A DNA stretch of 64,000 bases from an uncultured Gemmatimonadales bacterium (GCA_963716255.1 OY970303.1:4544001-4608000); one strand, 5' to 3'. Counted from the stretch's first letter, positions 28,599 through 38,362 are shown. Notes: a model not told the origin generated them from the letters alone. Numbers and translations: made by a program.

Positions 28599-29261
28599 TC
28601 AGCGGAAGCAGGCGATCGGCACGTCCAGCGGCTCCCACTCGGCCCCGGCGTAGGAGAAGTGCCACCATTCCCGGTCGTAGTTGCGGAAGCCCTCCGCCTC
28701 CATCGCCCGCACCAGGCGCTGGCGGTTCTCCTCCACCTGGCCGCCCGCGTTGGCGGTGTGCGAGGCCGGCGAGAAGTTGTCGTAGTCGGTCCCCATCTCC
28801 GCTTCCCGCCCGCTCCTGCGCCGGATCAGCGTGACGTCCACCGTGCCGCCGCGGTTGTGGCCGCTGCGCTCGGCGACGTACCCCTGCTCGACCACCCAGC
28901 GGTTCCCGCTGCGCTCCGCCCAGGCCACCATGGCCCGCGTCGCGCGCACCGGCCGGTAGGCGTCCCACACCTTGATGCCGTATCCCTCCTCGGCCAGCCG
29001 CCGGTGCGCCCGCAGCAGCGCCCGCGCCGCCTCGGGGCGCAGGAGGGCGCGGGCGTGCTCGTAGCCGGGGAGCGGGGCGCCGGTGAAGTTGTCCGGGGTC
29101 GCGTAGTGGATGTCCACGCGGATGGACCGCGCCAGCGAGCGCACGTCCACCAGGGTGCCGGGGGCCACCGGGGGGCACTCCGCGGAAGCGGCGGGGCGGG
29201 TCGCGGCCGGGGCGCACGCCATGAGCTGCGCGGCCGCCGCGGCAAGGACGAGAGGCTTCAT
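28599..29261 (-). CDS. D-Ala-D-Ala dipeptidase (M15D, VanX/DdpX family)
   Basis: WDAYRP, SGHNRGGTVD, EWWHF; lipobox. Confidence 0.9.
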   Translation of the reverse strand: MKPLVLAAAAAQLMACAPAATRPAASAECPPVAPGTLVDVRSLARSIRVDIHYATPDNFTGAPLPGYEHARALLRPEAARALLRAHRRLAEEGYGIKVWDAYRPVRATRAMVAWAERSGNRWVVEQGYVAERSGHNRGGTVDVTLIRRRSGREAEMGTDYDNFSPASHTANAGGQVEENRQRLVRAMEAEGFRNYDREWWHFSYAGAEWEPLDVPIACFR

Positions 29262-29281
29262 GGAAGGGGGGTGCTCGGGGT

Positions 29282-30028
29282 TCAGAACGGGTGCGCCTGG
29301 CCGTCCGCGCCCAGCTCCGTGCCGGGGAAGATCCCGCGGGCGCGGGTCAGCTCCTCCTCGCTCACCCGCGGCGGGAGGTGGACCAGCACCAGCCGCCCGG
29401 CCCCGGCGCGCGCCGCTGTACGCGCCGCGCCCTCCGGGGTGGTGTGCCCGCCGAAGCCGCCGGTGGCCTCGTGCGCGAGCAGGTCCGCCCCGCGCGCCAG
29501 CCGCGCGATGGCCTCCGACTCCTCGGTGTCGCAGGAGTAGGCGGCGATCCCGCCGCCGCGGCGGTCCTCCACCCGCAGCCCGATCACCGGGACGCTGTGG
29601 GTCCCCGGGGCCGCCGTGATCCGCCAGTCCTCGCTTTCCAGCACCGGGGCCCCCTCCTCCAGCGCCACCTCGCGCCAGAGGATCTCCGGCACGTCCTTCC
29701 AGCCGCCGGTCTCGAACGACTCCCAGCACCGCCGCGCCTGCGACAGGGCGGGCGCGATGCCGTGCACGGCGATCGGGCGGCGCCGCCCCGAGAGCCAGAT
29801 CTTTTCCATGAAGAGCGGGAAGCCGGACACGTGGTCGGCGTGCTCGTGCGTCACCACCAGCGCCTCGATCCGGTCCAGCTCCAGCCCCGCGGCCTGCAGG
29901 CGCTGCACCACGTCGCCCCCGCAGTCCACCACGACCACGGAGCCGGCCTGCTCGAAGGCGAGCATGGTGGTGGTGCGGTCGCCGCCGCTGAAGCCGGCGC
30001 CGGTGCCGAGGAGGTGCAGGGTCGCCAC
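29282..30028 (-). CDS. MBL-fold hydrolase, RNase Z/BN-like
   Basis: LLGTG, THEHADH, YSCDT, HEAT. Confidence 0.85.
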   Translation of the reverse strand: MATLHLLGTGAGFSGGDRTTTMLAFEQAGSVVVVDCGGDVVQRLQAAGLELDRIEALVVTHEHADHVSGFPLFMEKIWLSGRRRPIAVHGIAPALSQARRCWESFETGGWKDVPEILWREVALEEGAPVLESEDWRITAAPGTHSVPVIGLRVEDRRGGGIAAYSCDTEESEAIARLARGADLLAHEATGGFGGHTTPEGAARTAARAGAGRLVLVHLPPRVSEEELTRARGIFPGTELGADGQAHPF

Positions 30029-30080
30029 GCGGTGCTCCCGGGCTGGTGTGGCCGCGGCGGGGCCCGCCGCGGGGGTGCGG

Positions 30081-30602
30081 CTACGCGTCCTCGTCCCCGT
30101 CCTTGCCGCGCGCTTCGCTCTCTTCCGTCCCAATCGAGGTGTTGCAGTAGTGGGCGGGGTTGGTGCGCGTGCGGGTGAAGTTGCGCTGCCACTCCTCGGC
30201 GACGTTGCCGTCCAGCGTGCCGGGCTCGGCGGGGCGCACCACGAACTGCGCCGCCCTCTGCGCGTAGCGGGTGGAGTCGGCGGGGGTGCGGGCGCTCACG
30301 GCCGAGTCCACGTACGCCAGCGCGGAGGACCGCATCTCGGCGAAGTTGCGGTACACGGCGGCGTACTCGTACACCGCCTGCATCCCGGGGGCGATGCCGC
30401 CGCTCGCCGCGGCCAGGGTGTCCAGGTTCGCCAGGTTCTCGCGGGCGCGGATGGTCAGCTCCTCGGCCACGCACCCGTTGCGGGCGGCGGCGACGCGCGC
30501 CTCGCGGCGCTCGGGGCGGGCGCCGGACCCGCCCTCGCAGGCGGCCAGGAGGGCGAGCAGCGCGGGAACGGCCAGCAGGGCGGCGGCGGTGCGAAGGGTC
30601 AT
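30081..30602 (-). CDS. Hypothetical lipoprotein
   Basis: Lipobox LAAC. Confidence 0.7.
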   Translation of the reverse strand: MTLRTAAALLAVPALLALLAACEGGSGARPERREARVAAARNGCVAEELTIRARENLANLDTLAAASGGIAPGMQAVYEYAAVYRNFAEMRSSALAYVDSAVSARTPADSTRYAQRAAQFVVRPAEPGTLDGNVAEEWQRNFTRTRTNPAHYCNTSIGTEESEARGKDGDEDA

Positions 30603-30640
30603 CGGCGGCAACCGGGTGGGGTGGGTCTGCGGGCGCGGCG

Positions 30641-31240
30641 TCAGGCGGCCGCGCCCCCGTCGGGAAAGAACAGCTCGCGCTCCAGCAGCTCGCAGAGCAG
30701 GTGGATCACGGTGATGTGCCCCTCCTGGATCCGCTCCGTGGCGGCCGAGGGGACCACCAGCACCTCGGCGCACAGCGCCCGCATGCGCCCCCCGTCCTTG
30801 CCGGTGAGCCCCACGGTGAGGGCGCCGCGCTCGTTGGCGGCCTCCACCGCGGCAAGGACGTTGGGCGAGTTGCCGCTGGTGCTGATCGCCACCAGCACGT
30901 CGCCCTCGCGCACCATGGCCTCCACCTGGCGGCGGAAGGCGGTGGCGTAGTCGTAGTCGTTGCTCCAGCAGGTGAGCGTGGGCGCGTCCAGCAGGTGGTG
31001 CGCGGGGAGGCCGGGGCGCTCGCGCTTGTAGCGCGCCACCAGCTCCTCCACCAGGTGCATGGCGTCGCAGGCGGAGCCGCCGTTGCCGCAGGCGTACAGC
31101 CGGTTGCCGGCGCGGAAGGCGGCGGCCACGCGCCCGGCGATGCGGACCACGTCCGGGGCCAGCTCCTTGAGCGCCTGCTTGACGCGGGCGGAGTCTTCCA
31201 GGGCCTCGCGCACGAGGGCTTCGGGGTCGTACGGCGTCAT
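30641..31240 (-). CDS. gmhA: Phosphoheptose isomerase (SIS domain)
   Basis: CGNGGS, ISTSGNS, ERIQEGH. Confidence 0.9.
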   Translation of the reverse strand: MTPYDPEALVREALEDSARVKQALKELAPDVVRIAGRVAAAFRAGNRLYACGNGGSACDAMHLVEELVARYKRERPGLPAHHLLDAPTLTCWSNDYDYATAFRRQVEAMVREGDVLVAISTSGNSPNVLAAVEAANERGALTVGLTGKDGGRMRALCAEVLVVPSAATERIQEGHITVIHLLCELLERELFFPDGGAAA

Positions 31241-31295
31241 ACCGGATTTCGTTTGGACGACTGTAACTGCTTCAACGGCTTCGAACGGCGGGGGC

Positions 31296-31426
31296 GGGCG
31301 TGCCCCTCGCTGGCGCTCGGGTCGGGCTTCGGCTCCGTAAGCCCGCAAACAACGCGGGCTGACGGAGTCGAGCCCCCGCGAAACTGCCCGCGGGGTCTCG
31401 CCCCTTCGGGCCGAAATCCCTCACGC
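31296..31426 (-). repeat. Repeat family A copy 9
   Basis: Reverse complement match to family A. Confidence 0.92.
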
Positions 31427-31549
31427 GGGCATCGCGCTGGCGTCCGCTGGGACTGCACGGAACCCCGCGGTTGCCCCCTCTCCCAGGATTGGGAGAGGGT
31501 GGCGAGCCTCAGGCGAGCCGGGGGAGGGGGTCGCCGTCCGCGGCTCAAT

Positions 31550-32725
31550 CTACTGCTTCGGGCGGCCCGGCGGGAGGCGCCGGTGCTGGTCCAGCGCGCC
31601 GTACCGGGACAGGATCTCGCGCACGCGGTCCAGCGGCAGCGCCTCCACCGTGCCGCGGTGACCTTTCGTGGTGGTCGCGCGGAACAGGGAGTTGTAGATG
31701 GCTTCCTCGGTGGCCTCCACGACCGCTTCGAAGAGCGGGGAGAGCAGGTCGTTGGGGAGCGATTCCACCGCGTGCACGGCACCGCGTCGCTCGGGGGTGC
31801 GGCGCACGCCCTCCGCCGTGGAAAAGGCGATGGCGTAGTCGCCGGAGCCGTTGCTCATGGGCGAGCCGGTGCGCCCAAGCCCCACCATGGCCCGCGCGGC
31901 CAGCCGCTCCAGGTTGCGGGGCTCCAGCGGCGCGTCGGTGGCCACCACCATCATGATGGAGCCGTCGGCGTCGCCCCGGTCCAGCTCCGCCTTGAGGAAG
32001 TACCGGTCCAGCTCCCGGCCCACGGGCGCGCCCAGCACCTGGAGGATCCCCCCGTAGTTGCTCTGCACCAGCACGCCCACGGTGTACCCGCCCAGCGAGC
32101 GCGGCAGCGCCCGCGACGAAGTGCCGATCCCGCCCTTCCAGCCGAAGGCGAGCGTCCCCGTTCCCGCCCCCACGGCGCCCTCCTCCACCGGCCCCGTCTT
32201 CGCTTCGCGGATGGCGCGCAGCACGTGCTCGGCGCGCACGGGGCGGGCGCGGATGTCGCTCAGGAAGCCGTCGTTGGTCTCGCCCACCACCGCGTTGACG
32301 CTGCGCGCCTCCGGGTTCTGCGCCAGCACGTGGTCCAGCACCGCGTCCGCGGCGCGGGGGACGCACAGCGTGCAGGTGAGGACGACCGGGGTCTCGATCT
32401 CGCCCAGCTCGCGCACCTGCGTGACGCCCATCAGCTTGCCGTAGCCGTTGCCGACGAACACCGCGCCGGGGACCTTGTCGGCGAACAGGTTGCCGCCGTG
32501 CGGGAGGATCGCGGTGACGCCGGTGCGCACCGAGTCGCCCTCGCGCACCGTGACCTGCCCCACCAGGACGCCGGGGACGTCGGTGATGGCGTTGAGCGGC
32601 CCCGTGGGGAGGACGCCGGGCGCCACGCCCATCTCGCGGGCGCGCGGGCGGGCGGCGGCGGTGTCCTGGGCCATGAGCGGCTGGGCGAAGGCGAGGAGGG
32701 CGAGGAGGAGCGGGCGGGCGCGCAT
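31550..32725 (-). CDS. P1-family (DmpA-like) aminopeptidase
   Basis: NAITDVPGV, GETNDG, EGAVGAGTG, GSGD; signal peptide. Confidence 0.9.
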   Translation of the reverse strand: MRARPLLLALLAFAQPLMAQDTAAARPRAREMGVAPGVLPTGPLNAITDVPGVLVGQVTVREGDSVRTGVTAILPHGGNLFADKVPGAVFVGNGYGKLMGVTQVRELGEIETPVVLTCTLCVPRAADAVLDHVLAQNPEARSVNAVVGETNDGFLSDIRARPVRAEHVLRAIREAKTGPVEEGAVGAGTGTLAFGWKGGIGTSSRALPRSLGGYTVGVLVQSNYGGILQVLGAPVGRELDRYFLKAELDRGDADGSIMMVVATDAPLEPRNLERLAARAMVGLGRTGSPMSNGSGDYAIAFSTAEGVRRTPERRGAVHAVESLPNDLLSPLFEAVVEATEEAIYNSLFRATTTKGHRGTVEALPLDRVREILSRYGALDQHRRLPPGRPKQ

Positions 32726-32830
32726 GGCGGCGGCGGGGTACGGGCGGCGGAGTGCCGCGGGTGGCACCCCCGTTGCGATGGGCCGCGGCGGGGCGCCGTG
32801 GCGCCGGGTTCCCGTCTCAGGTAAGGGTTG

Positions 32831-33814
32831 ATGAAGCGAGCCGCAAGGCCGGGCCTCCGCGTCCGGCGCCTCCTCCCGCTGCTGCCGGCGCTCCTCGCGC
32901 TGGCGGGCGGCTGCCGCCGCCCCACTGGGACCGTGGAGGTGGGCGCGGGGCGCACCCTCCCGCTCGCCGCCCCGGTGGACTCCACGGCCTCCATCGCAGC
33001 GGGGCCCGGGGGACGGGTGTGGCTCGTGGCCGGGGGGCGGCTGGCGCTGCTGGACACCACCCGCGGGCCGGCGGCGGCGGCGATCGAGCTGGGTACGACC
33101 GACGCGGCGCGCGTGCTGGGAAGCGACACCGCGGCCGTGTACCTGCGCGCCGGGACGCGGCTCCTGGCCGTGTGGCCGGACAGCGGCCGCGTGCGTGCGC
33201 GCCGCGGCGGGGTGGGGGCGGACGGCTTCGCGCCCGACCCGCGCGGCGGTGGGTACGTGGCGACGCGCTGGGGCGGGGTGCTGGGGGTGGCGCCGGGGTC
33301 GCTGCGCCCGCTGTGGAGCTGGCCGGAGCGCGGCCCCGCGGGCACCGCCCTCGCCGTGTCGCCGCTGGGCGACCGCCTCTACCAGGCGCTCGGCGGGGAC
33401 GAGCCGCGCATCCTGACGCGCGACGCGCAGACCGGGCGCATCCTGGCGGAAACGGAGACCGCCGCTGCCGTGCGATCGCTGGACGCGGGCGCGGACGGCA
33501 CGCTGTACGCCGTCACGGAGGCGGGACGGCGCGGCGCGCTCGTGGCGCTGCGCCCCGGACCCGAGGGGCTGGAGGAGCGCTGGGAGGCGTCGCTGCTGGA
33601 GCTGGAGCTGGGAGATTCGGTGCGGGTGGCCGTGTCGCCAGGGGGGCGGCGGGTGGCGCTGGTGTCGCGGGAGGGGGGCGGGACGCTGCGGGTGCTGGAC
33701 GCCGCCACGGGCCGGGTGGCATCGGGCGAGCGCGGCGTTCTGGACGCCGCCTTCGCCGCCGACGGCTCGCTCCTGGTGCTGACCCCGCGCGAGGTCCGCA
33801 TCGTCCGCCCGTGA
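32831..33814 (+). CDS. Beta-propeller lipoprotein
   Basis: LAGGC lipobox; repeated VAVSP/AFAADG blades. Confidence 0.65.
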   Translation: MKRAARPGLRVRRLLPLLPALLALAGGCRRPTGTVEVGAGRTLPLAAPVDSTASIAAGPGGRVWLVAGGRLALLDTTRGPAAAAIELGTTDAARVLGSDTAAVYLRAGTRLLAVWPDSGRVRARRGGVGADGFAPDPRGGGYVATRWGGVLGVAPGSLRPLWSWPERGPAGTALAVSPLGDRLYQALGGDEPRILTRDAQTGRILAETETAAAVRSLDAGADGTLYAVTEAGRRGALVALRPGPEGLEERWEASLLELELGDSVRVAVSPGGRRVALVSREGGGTLRVLDAATGRVASGERGVLDAAFAADGSLLVLTPREVRIVRP

Positions 33815-34006
33815 GGCGGGCGGGGCGCCCCCGAAGGGGCCGAAACCCGCTCGCGGCGCCCTCCCCGGAGGACTCCCGTACGGACCACTCAGGATAGGCC
33901 AGGATGCCTCGATCTCCCATTTCCCACCTTGCGTGCGCCCTCCGATTTGGGTACCATTAGCGTATTTCCTCCCCCGGTCTCCCCCCCTCTGCGTAGAAAG
34001 GAATCG

Positions 34007-35194
34007 ATGTCGTACTCTGTAAGTTCTGCGCATGCCGAAGTGCGCGAATCTATGAGGGTGCTGCCGGGGTTCCTCCAGCCGTTCCTCACCTGGCTGACCT
34101 GCAAGCCCCTGCCCGAAGAAGATTCCTGGAACCTCAGGCCCATCCACCACCTCGTATCCTCCGTCCTTCCGCTGGTCCTCGGAGTGGCGATCGGCATCGC
34201 CGCCGTCACGCTCTCGGGGTTCTGGCTGCTGCTTATGCCCGTGGGATGGCTGCTGACCGTCCACTCCGTGCGCATGCTGCGCAGCGTGGTGGTCCACCAG
34301 TGCGCCCACTCCAACTTCCTCGCCAGCCAGCGCGTCAACGACTTCATCGGCGAGGCCGTGTCGGTGGTCACATTGACTCAAAATTATTTACCCTATAAGC
34401 GCGAGCACATCAGCGGCCACCACTCCGTCAAGCACATGACGGTGGACGATCCGACGGTGGCGTTCCTGCTGAGAATGGTCGGGGTCCGCGCGGGCATGTC
34501 CCGGGACGACCTGTGGTCCCTCATGCTGATGAAGATGTTCTCGCCGTCCTTCCATCTCAGGTTCGTGGGGATCAGGCTGCTGTCCAATGCCAAAGATGCT
34601 TCGACCGGGCATATCGTCTCGGTCGTGCTTTTCTGGGGCGCGCTGCTGGCGGTGACGGCCGCCACGGGTGCCTGGCTGCAGCTCCTGCTCGCGTGGCTGC
34701 TGCCGCTCACGATCCTGCTCCACATGGCCGAGTGCCTGCGCCTGTCCGGCAAGCACTGCTTCCCGGAGCCGGTCACCATGAAGCGGGGGCAGCAGCAACC
34801 CGGCGCGTTCACCCACGGCATCTTCGTGGGCGAGCGCGTCCCGGAGAGCACGCTCCCCGTGCTCCGGAGGATGAGCGCCTGGGCGGTTTGGTGGCTCCGG
34901 GTTTTCGTGGTCCACCTCCCTTCGCGCATGCTCGTTCTGGTCGGCGACGCGCCCTGCCACGACTACCACCACCGGCGGCCGAAAGCCAAGGACTGGTCCA
35001 ACTACATCTTCGCGCGCCAGAAGGAGGTCGTCTCGCTTCCACCCGGCGCGCCCCCCTTCACCGAGGTGTGGGGGATCGCCGCGGCCATCGACGCCACGTT
35101 CCATTCCCTGACCGCCGCGGACCCGTCGCAGTACACGCTCGAGGAGACGCATGTCGTGACGGAGTGGGAGCTTCTCGCGGCGCTGGAAGAGTAG
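34007..35194 (+). CDS. Membrane fatty-acid-desaturase-like diiron enzyme
   Basis: Three His boxes HQCAH, HISGHH, HDYHH; TM helices; AAGGA RBS. Confidence 0.85.
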   Translation: MSYSVSSAHAEVRESMRVLPGFLQPFLTWLTCKPLPEEDSWNLRPIHHLVSSVLPLVLGVAIGIAAVTLSGFWLLLMPVGWLLTVHSVRMLRSVVVHQCAHSNFLASQRVNDFIGEAVSVVTLTQNYLPYKREHISGHHSVKHMTVDDPTVAFLLRMVGVRAGMSRDDLWSLMLMKMFSPSFHLRFVGIRLLSNAKDASTGHIVSVVLFWGALLAVTAATGAWLQLLLAWLLPLTILLHMAECLRLSGKHCFPEPVTMKRGQQQPGAFTHGIFVGERVPESTLPVLRRMSAWAVWWLRVFVVHLPSRMLVLVGDAPCHDYHHRRPKAKDWSNYIFARQKEVVSLPPGAPPFTEVWGIAAAIDATFHSLTAADPSQYTLEETHVVTEWELLAALEE

Positions 35195-35246
35195 ACCGGC
35201 GCGGGCTCGTGCCTGGCCGGGGCCGGCGCCGCGAAGGTCATCAAAC

Positions 35247-35285
35247 GCGAACCCTCCGATGGACACGGTCCATCGGAGGGTTCGC
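35247..35285. terminator. Perfect 18-bp hairpin between convergent genes
   Basis: GCGAACCCTCCGATGGAC-ACG-GTCCATCGGAGGGTTCGC. Confidence 0.65.
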
Positions 35286-35349
35286 TGCTTCGGTCCCGGT
35301 CCTCGATCCCCGGGACGACTCGCATCCCGTCTCCGGAGACCCGCGCGGA

Positions 35350-35538
35350 TCAGTGGCTCAGGTCCGCGTCCTTGCTCTTGCGCAGCAGGAACGCCGCCGC
35401 GATGAACGGCAGGCTGTTCATGGCGAGGACCATGAGGGCTGCCACGAGCATCATCGTGCGGCCGGTCCACGCCGCGTAGACGGCCGCCACGATGGCGGGG
35501 AAGGTGATGAAAACCGCGCCGATCAGGAAGAGTCGCAT
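35350..35538 (-). CDS. Small 2-TM membrane protein
   Basis: 62 aa; sigma54-like CGGCACACAAGATGC upstream (35650-35664, minus strand). Confidence 0.6.
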   Translation of the reverse strand: MRLFLIGAVFITFPAIVAAVYAAWTGRTMMLVAALMVLAMNSLPFIAAAFLLRKSKDADLSH

Positions 35539-35807
35539 TTCAGGTCTCCGCAGAATCTGTCTCGTCGGACGGCCGCGCCGGCGCGACGCTCGAAGCAGGG
35601 TCGGTCGGCCCGCATATTACCGGAGCGCGCATCGTCCCGCAAGCTGGGGGCATCTTGTGTGCCGTAGGTGATTTCCCCGCTCGCCACGGGGGATTTTCCC
35701 CACCGGCGGGCGGATCGGGAAGGGCGGTCCTCCCGACTTGTACTCCCCGGGCCGGGCGGCGATGATTGCGGACCGCGGGACGAGCGCGAAAGTGGAGGCG
35801 AGCGGAG

Positions 35808-36254
35808 ATGGCGGACACCGGGAGCCGGGACACGGCGGCGGAGCGGGCGCCGGGGATGGCCACGCGCATGGGCAGGGCGCTGCGGCTGCGCTGCCCGCAC
35901 TGTGGGCGCGGGCGGGTGGTGAGGACGTGGATGCACATGCGGGAGCGCTGCCCCGTATGCGGCATCCGCACGGCGCGGGGCGAGGAGGACCTGATGCTGG
36001 GGGCGATGGTGTTCAACATCGCCTTCGCCGAGGGGCTGCTGGCGCTGGTGCTGGTGGGGGTCGCCGTCGCCACCTGGCCGGACGTGCCCTGGAGGCTCCT
36101 CCAGTTCGGCGGCCCCGTGCTCATGGTGCTCGCGCCGGTCGCGTTCCTCCCCTTCTCGCGGACGCTGTGGATGGCGTTCGAGCCGCTGTACTTCCCGGTT
36201 GCGCCGGACGAAGCGGAGGAGGGAAGAGAGTGGGTGCGGAACGGCAGGGAATAG
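35808..36254 (+). CDS. DUF983-like Zn-ribbon membrane protein
   Basis: RCPHCGRG...CPVCG followed by two TM helices. Confidence 0.8.
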   Translation: MADTGSRDTAAERAPGMATRMGRALRLRCPHCGRGRVVRTWMHMRERCPVCGIRTARGEEDLMLGAMVFNIAFAEGLLALVLVGVAVATWPDVPWRLLQFGGPVLMVLAPVAFLPFSRTLWMAFEPLYFPVAPDEAEEGREWVRNGRE

Positions 36255-36260
36255 GGAACA

Positions 36261-36291
36261 GCCCGACCCCGGCGCAGCCGGGGGCACGCCC
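36261..36291 (+). repeat. Repeat family A 3' fragment
   Basis: GCCCGACCCCGGCGCAGCCGGGGGCACGCCC. Confidence 0.8.
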
Positions 36292-36322
36292 GAACCGGCT
36301 GTTCAGAGCCGTTTCAGCCGGA

Positions 36323-36940
36323 TCAGTCCTCCGCAACGTGGTCGCCGAAGCGCTCGGACTTCCAGGGGTCGCCGCGCATGTGGTAGCCGCCCCGCTCCCA
36401 GAAGCCGGGGCGGTCCTCGGCCAGCAGCTCCACGGCCCGCAGCCACTTGGCGCTCTTCCAGAAGTACAGGTGCGGGATCACGGCGCGCACGGGGCCGCCG
36501 TGCTCGGGGGAGAGCGGCTCGCCGTCGTGGTGGGTGGCGAGGAGGTTGTCGTCGCGGTCGAAGTCCTCCAGCGGCAGGTTGGCGGTCCACCCGCCCGCCG
36601 CGCGCAGCAGGACGAAGCGCGCCGCGGGCCCGGGGCGCGCGCGGCGCAGGATCTCGCGCACGGGCACGCCCCGCCAGCGGTTGTCCAGCCGGCTCCAGCG
36701 CGTCACGCAGTGGATGTCGCCGACGCGCTCTTCCGTGGGCAGCTCCCGCCACTCCTCCCAGCCGAAGCGCAGCTCCTCCTCCACCTCGCCGTACACCTGG
36801 AAGTCCCAGGTCGCCGCGTCGAACCGCGGGACCTCGCCGTAGTGCAGCACGGGCCACTTGCGCGTGGGCACCTGGCCGGGAGGCAGGCGGCCCTCCGGGG
36901 CCGGGAGCGGAGGGCCGGAGCGTGGGCGGGACGTGGACAT
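36323..36940 (-). CDS. Sulfite-oxidase-like molybdopterin oxidoreductase (YuiH-like)
   Basis: RLPPGQ, DIHCVTRWS, EHGGPVR, YFWKSAKW, GFWERGGYH. Confidence 0.9.
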   Translation of the reverse strand: MSTSRPRSGPPLPAPEGRLPPGQVPTRKWPVLHYGEVPRFDAATWDFQVYGEVEEELRFGWEEWRELPTEERVGDIHCVTRWSRLDNRWRGVPVREILRRARPGPAARFVLLRAAGGWTANLPLEDFDRDDNLLATHHDGEPLSPEHGGPVRAVIPHLYFWKSAKWLRAVELLAEDRPGFWERGGYHMRGDPWKSERFGDHVAED

Positions 36941-36993
36941 CGCGACCTGGGAAGCCGGGGAGCGGAGCGGACGCCGGGGAAACGGGCCGGCCG

Positions 36994-37009
36994 TGGCACG
37001 GCCGGTGCA
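36994..37009 (+). promoter_or_regulatory. Putative sigma54 promoter for the SDR gene
   Basis: TGGCACGGCCGGTGCA. Confidence 0.6.
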
Positions 37010-37057
37010 GCGAGCCCGGGGCTTCACGAATCGTACCTTTCACGGGGCGGAGGCGGC

Positions 37058-37783
37058 ATGACGGACGTGGTGCGGGGCAAGTGCGCTCTGGTGACGGGCG
37101 CCAGCAAGGGGATCGGCTACGCCATCGCGGAGGCGCTGGCGGGCGCCGGGGCCGACGTGGTGATCTCGTCGCGCAGCGAAGCGGAGGTGCAGGAGGCGGC
37201 GCGCCGCCTGAACGAGGTGTCGCCGGGCGAGGTGGTGGGGGTCGCATGCGACGTGCGCCGCCACGAGGACGTGCGGCGGATGGTGGGCGTGGCGACGGAG
37301 CGCTTCGGCGGGGTGGACATCCTGGTCAACAACGCGGGCGTCGGCGGCTTCGGCCCGGTGGACCAGATGGAGCCGGAGAAGTGGCACCAGATCATCGAGA
37401 CCAACCTCAACGGCGTCTATTACTGCTGCCACGAGGCCATCCCCGTCATGCGGCAGCGCGGCGGCGGGTGGATCATCAACATCGCCTCGCTCGCGGGCAA
37501 GAACCCGCTGGCGGGCGGCGCCGCGTACAACGCCTCCAAGTTCGGGCTGGTGGGATTCTCGGAGGCGCTGATGCTGGACGTGCGCCAGGACGACATCCGC
37601 GTCAACTACATCATGCCGGGGAGCGTGGCCACCTACTTCAACGGCCACACGCCGAGCGAGGAGGACGCCTGGAAGATCCAGCCCGAGGACATCGCACAGA
37701 TCGTGATGGACCTGCTGGCCTTTCCCGGGCGCACGCTGCCTTCGCGCGTCGAGGTCCGCCCGTCCAAGCCGCCGAAGCGGTAG
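37058..37783 (+). CDS. Short-chain dehydrogenase/reductase
   Basis: TGASKGIG, NNAG, YNASK. Confidence 0.93.
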   Translation: MTDVVRGKCALVTGASKGIGYAIAEALAGAGADVVISSRSEAEVQEAARRLNEVSPGEVVGVACDVRRHEDVRRMVGVATERFGGVDILVNNAGVGGFGPVDQMEPEKWHQIIETNLNGVYYCCHEAIPVMRQRGGGWIINIASLAGKNPLAGGAAYNASKFGLVGFSEALMLDVRQDDIRVNYIMPGSVATYFNGHTPSEEDAWKIQPEDIAQIVMDLLAFPGRTLPSRVEVRPSKPPKR

Positions 37784-37795
37784 GCCTCCCCGCCC

Positions 37796-38362
37796 ATGAG
37801 CGACTTCTCGCCCCACAAGCCCAAGGCCGTCATCTGGGACCTGGACGGCACCCTTTCCGACGACCGGGCGCGCGCGCACTACGTGGAGGTGGAGCAGGGG
37901 CGCGCGCGGGACTGGGAGTCGTACTTCGACGCCATCGACCAGGACCCGCCCATCGCCGCGTCCATGGAGATCCTCCAGGCCATGCGGGCGTACGGGTCGC
38001 GCGTGGTCTTCCTCACCGGGCGGCCGGACTACACGCGTGAGAAGACGGAGAAGTGGCTCCGCGCCAACGGGCTGGACGACTACGACCGGCTGGTGATGCG
38101 GCCGGCGGGGGAGCGGCGGCCGGCCGGGTACTTCAAGGCGGAGGCGGTGGCCGCGCTGCGCGAGGAGTACGAGCTGGTGTGCGCCTTCGAGGACCGCATC
38201 GACGTGGCGGACGCGCTGCGGCTGGCGGGCGTGCCCGTGTTCCTGTACGGCGCGGGGATGGAGGCAGCGGCGGAGGCGCTGGAGGTGCTGGAGGCGGACC
38301 AGGACGACCTGCTGGAGGACGCGACGGAGCTCGGCGTGTCCGGCGCCGGGAGCGGCGAGTAG
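37796..38362 (+). CDS. HAD phosphatase, polynucleotide kinase 3'-phosphatase-like
   Basis: DLDGTL, LTGR, LVMRP, FEDR. Confidence 0.8.
   Translation: MSDFSPHKPKAVIWDLDGTLSDDRARAHYVEVEQGRARDWESYFDAIDQDPPIAASMEILQAMRAYGSRVVFLTGRPDYTREKTEKWLRANGLDDYDRLVMRPAGERRPAGYFKAEAVAALREEYELVCAFEDRIDVADALRLAGVPVFLYGAGMEAAAEALEVLEADQDDLLEDATELGVSGAGSGE

Noticed and set aside
28599..29261. Vancomycin resistance locus
   Set aside because: A lone VanX/DdpX-like lipoprotein with no vanH, vanA or vanRS nearby
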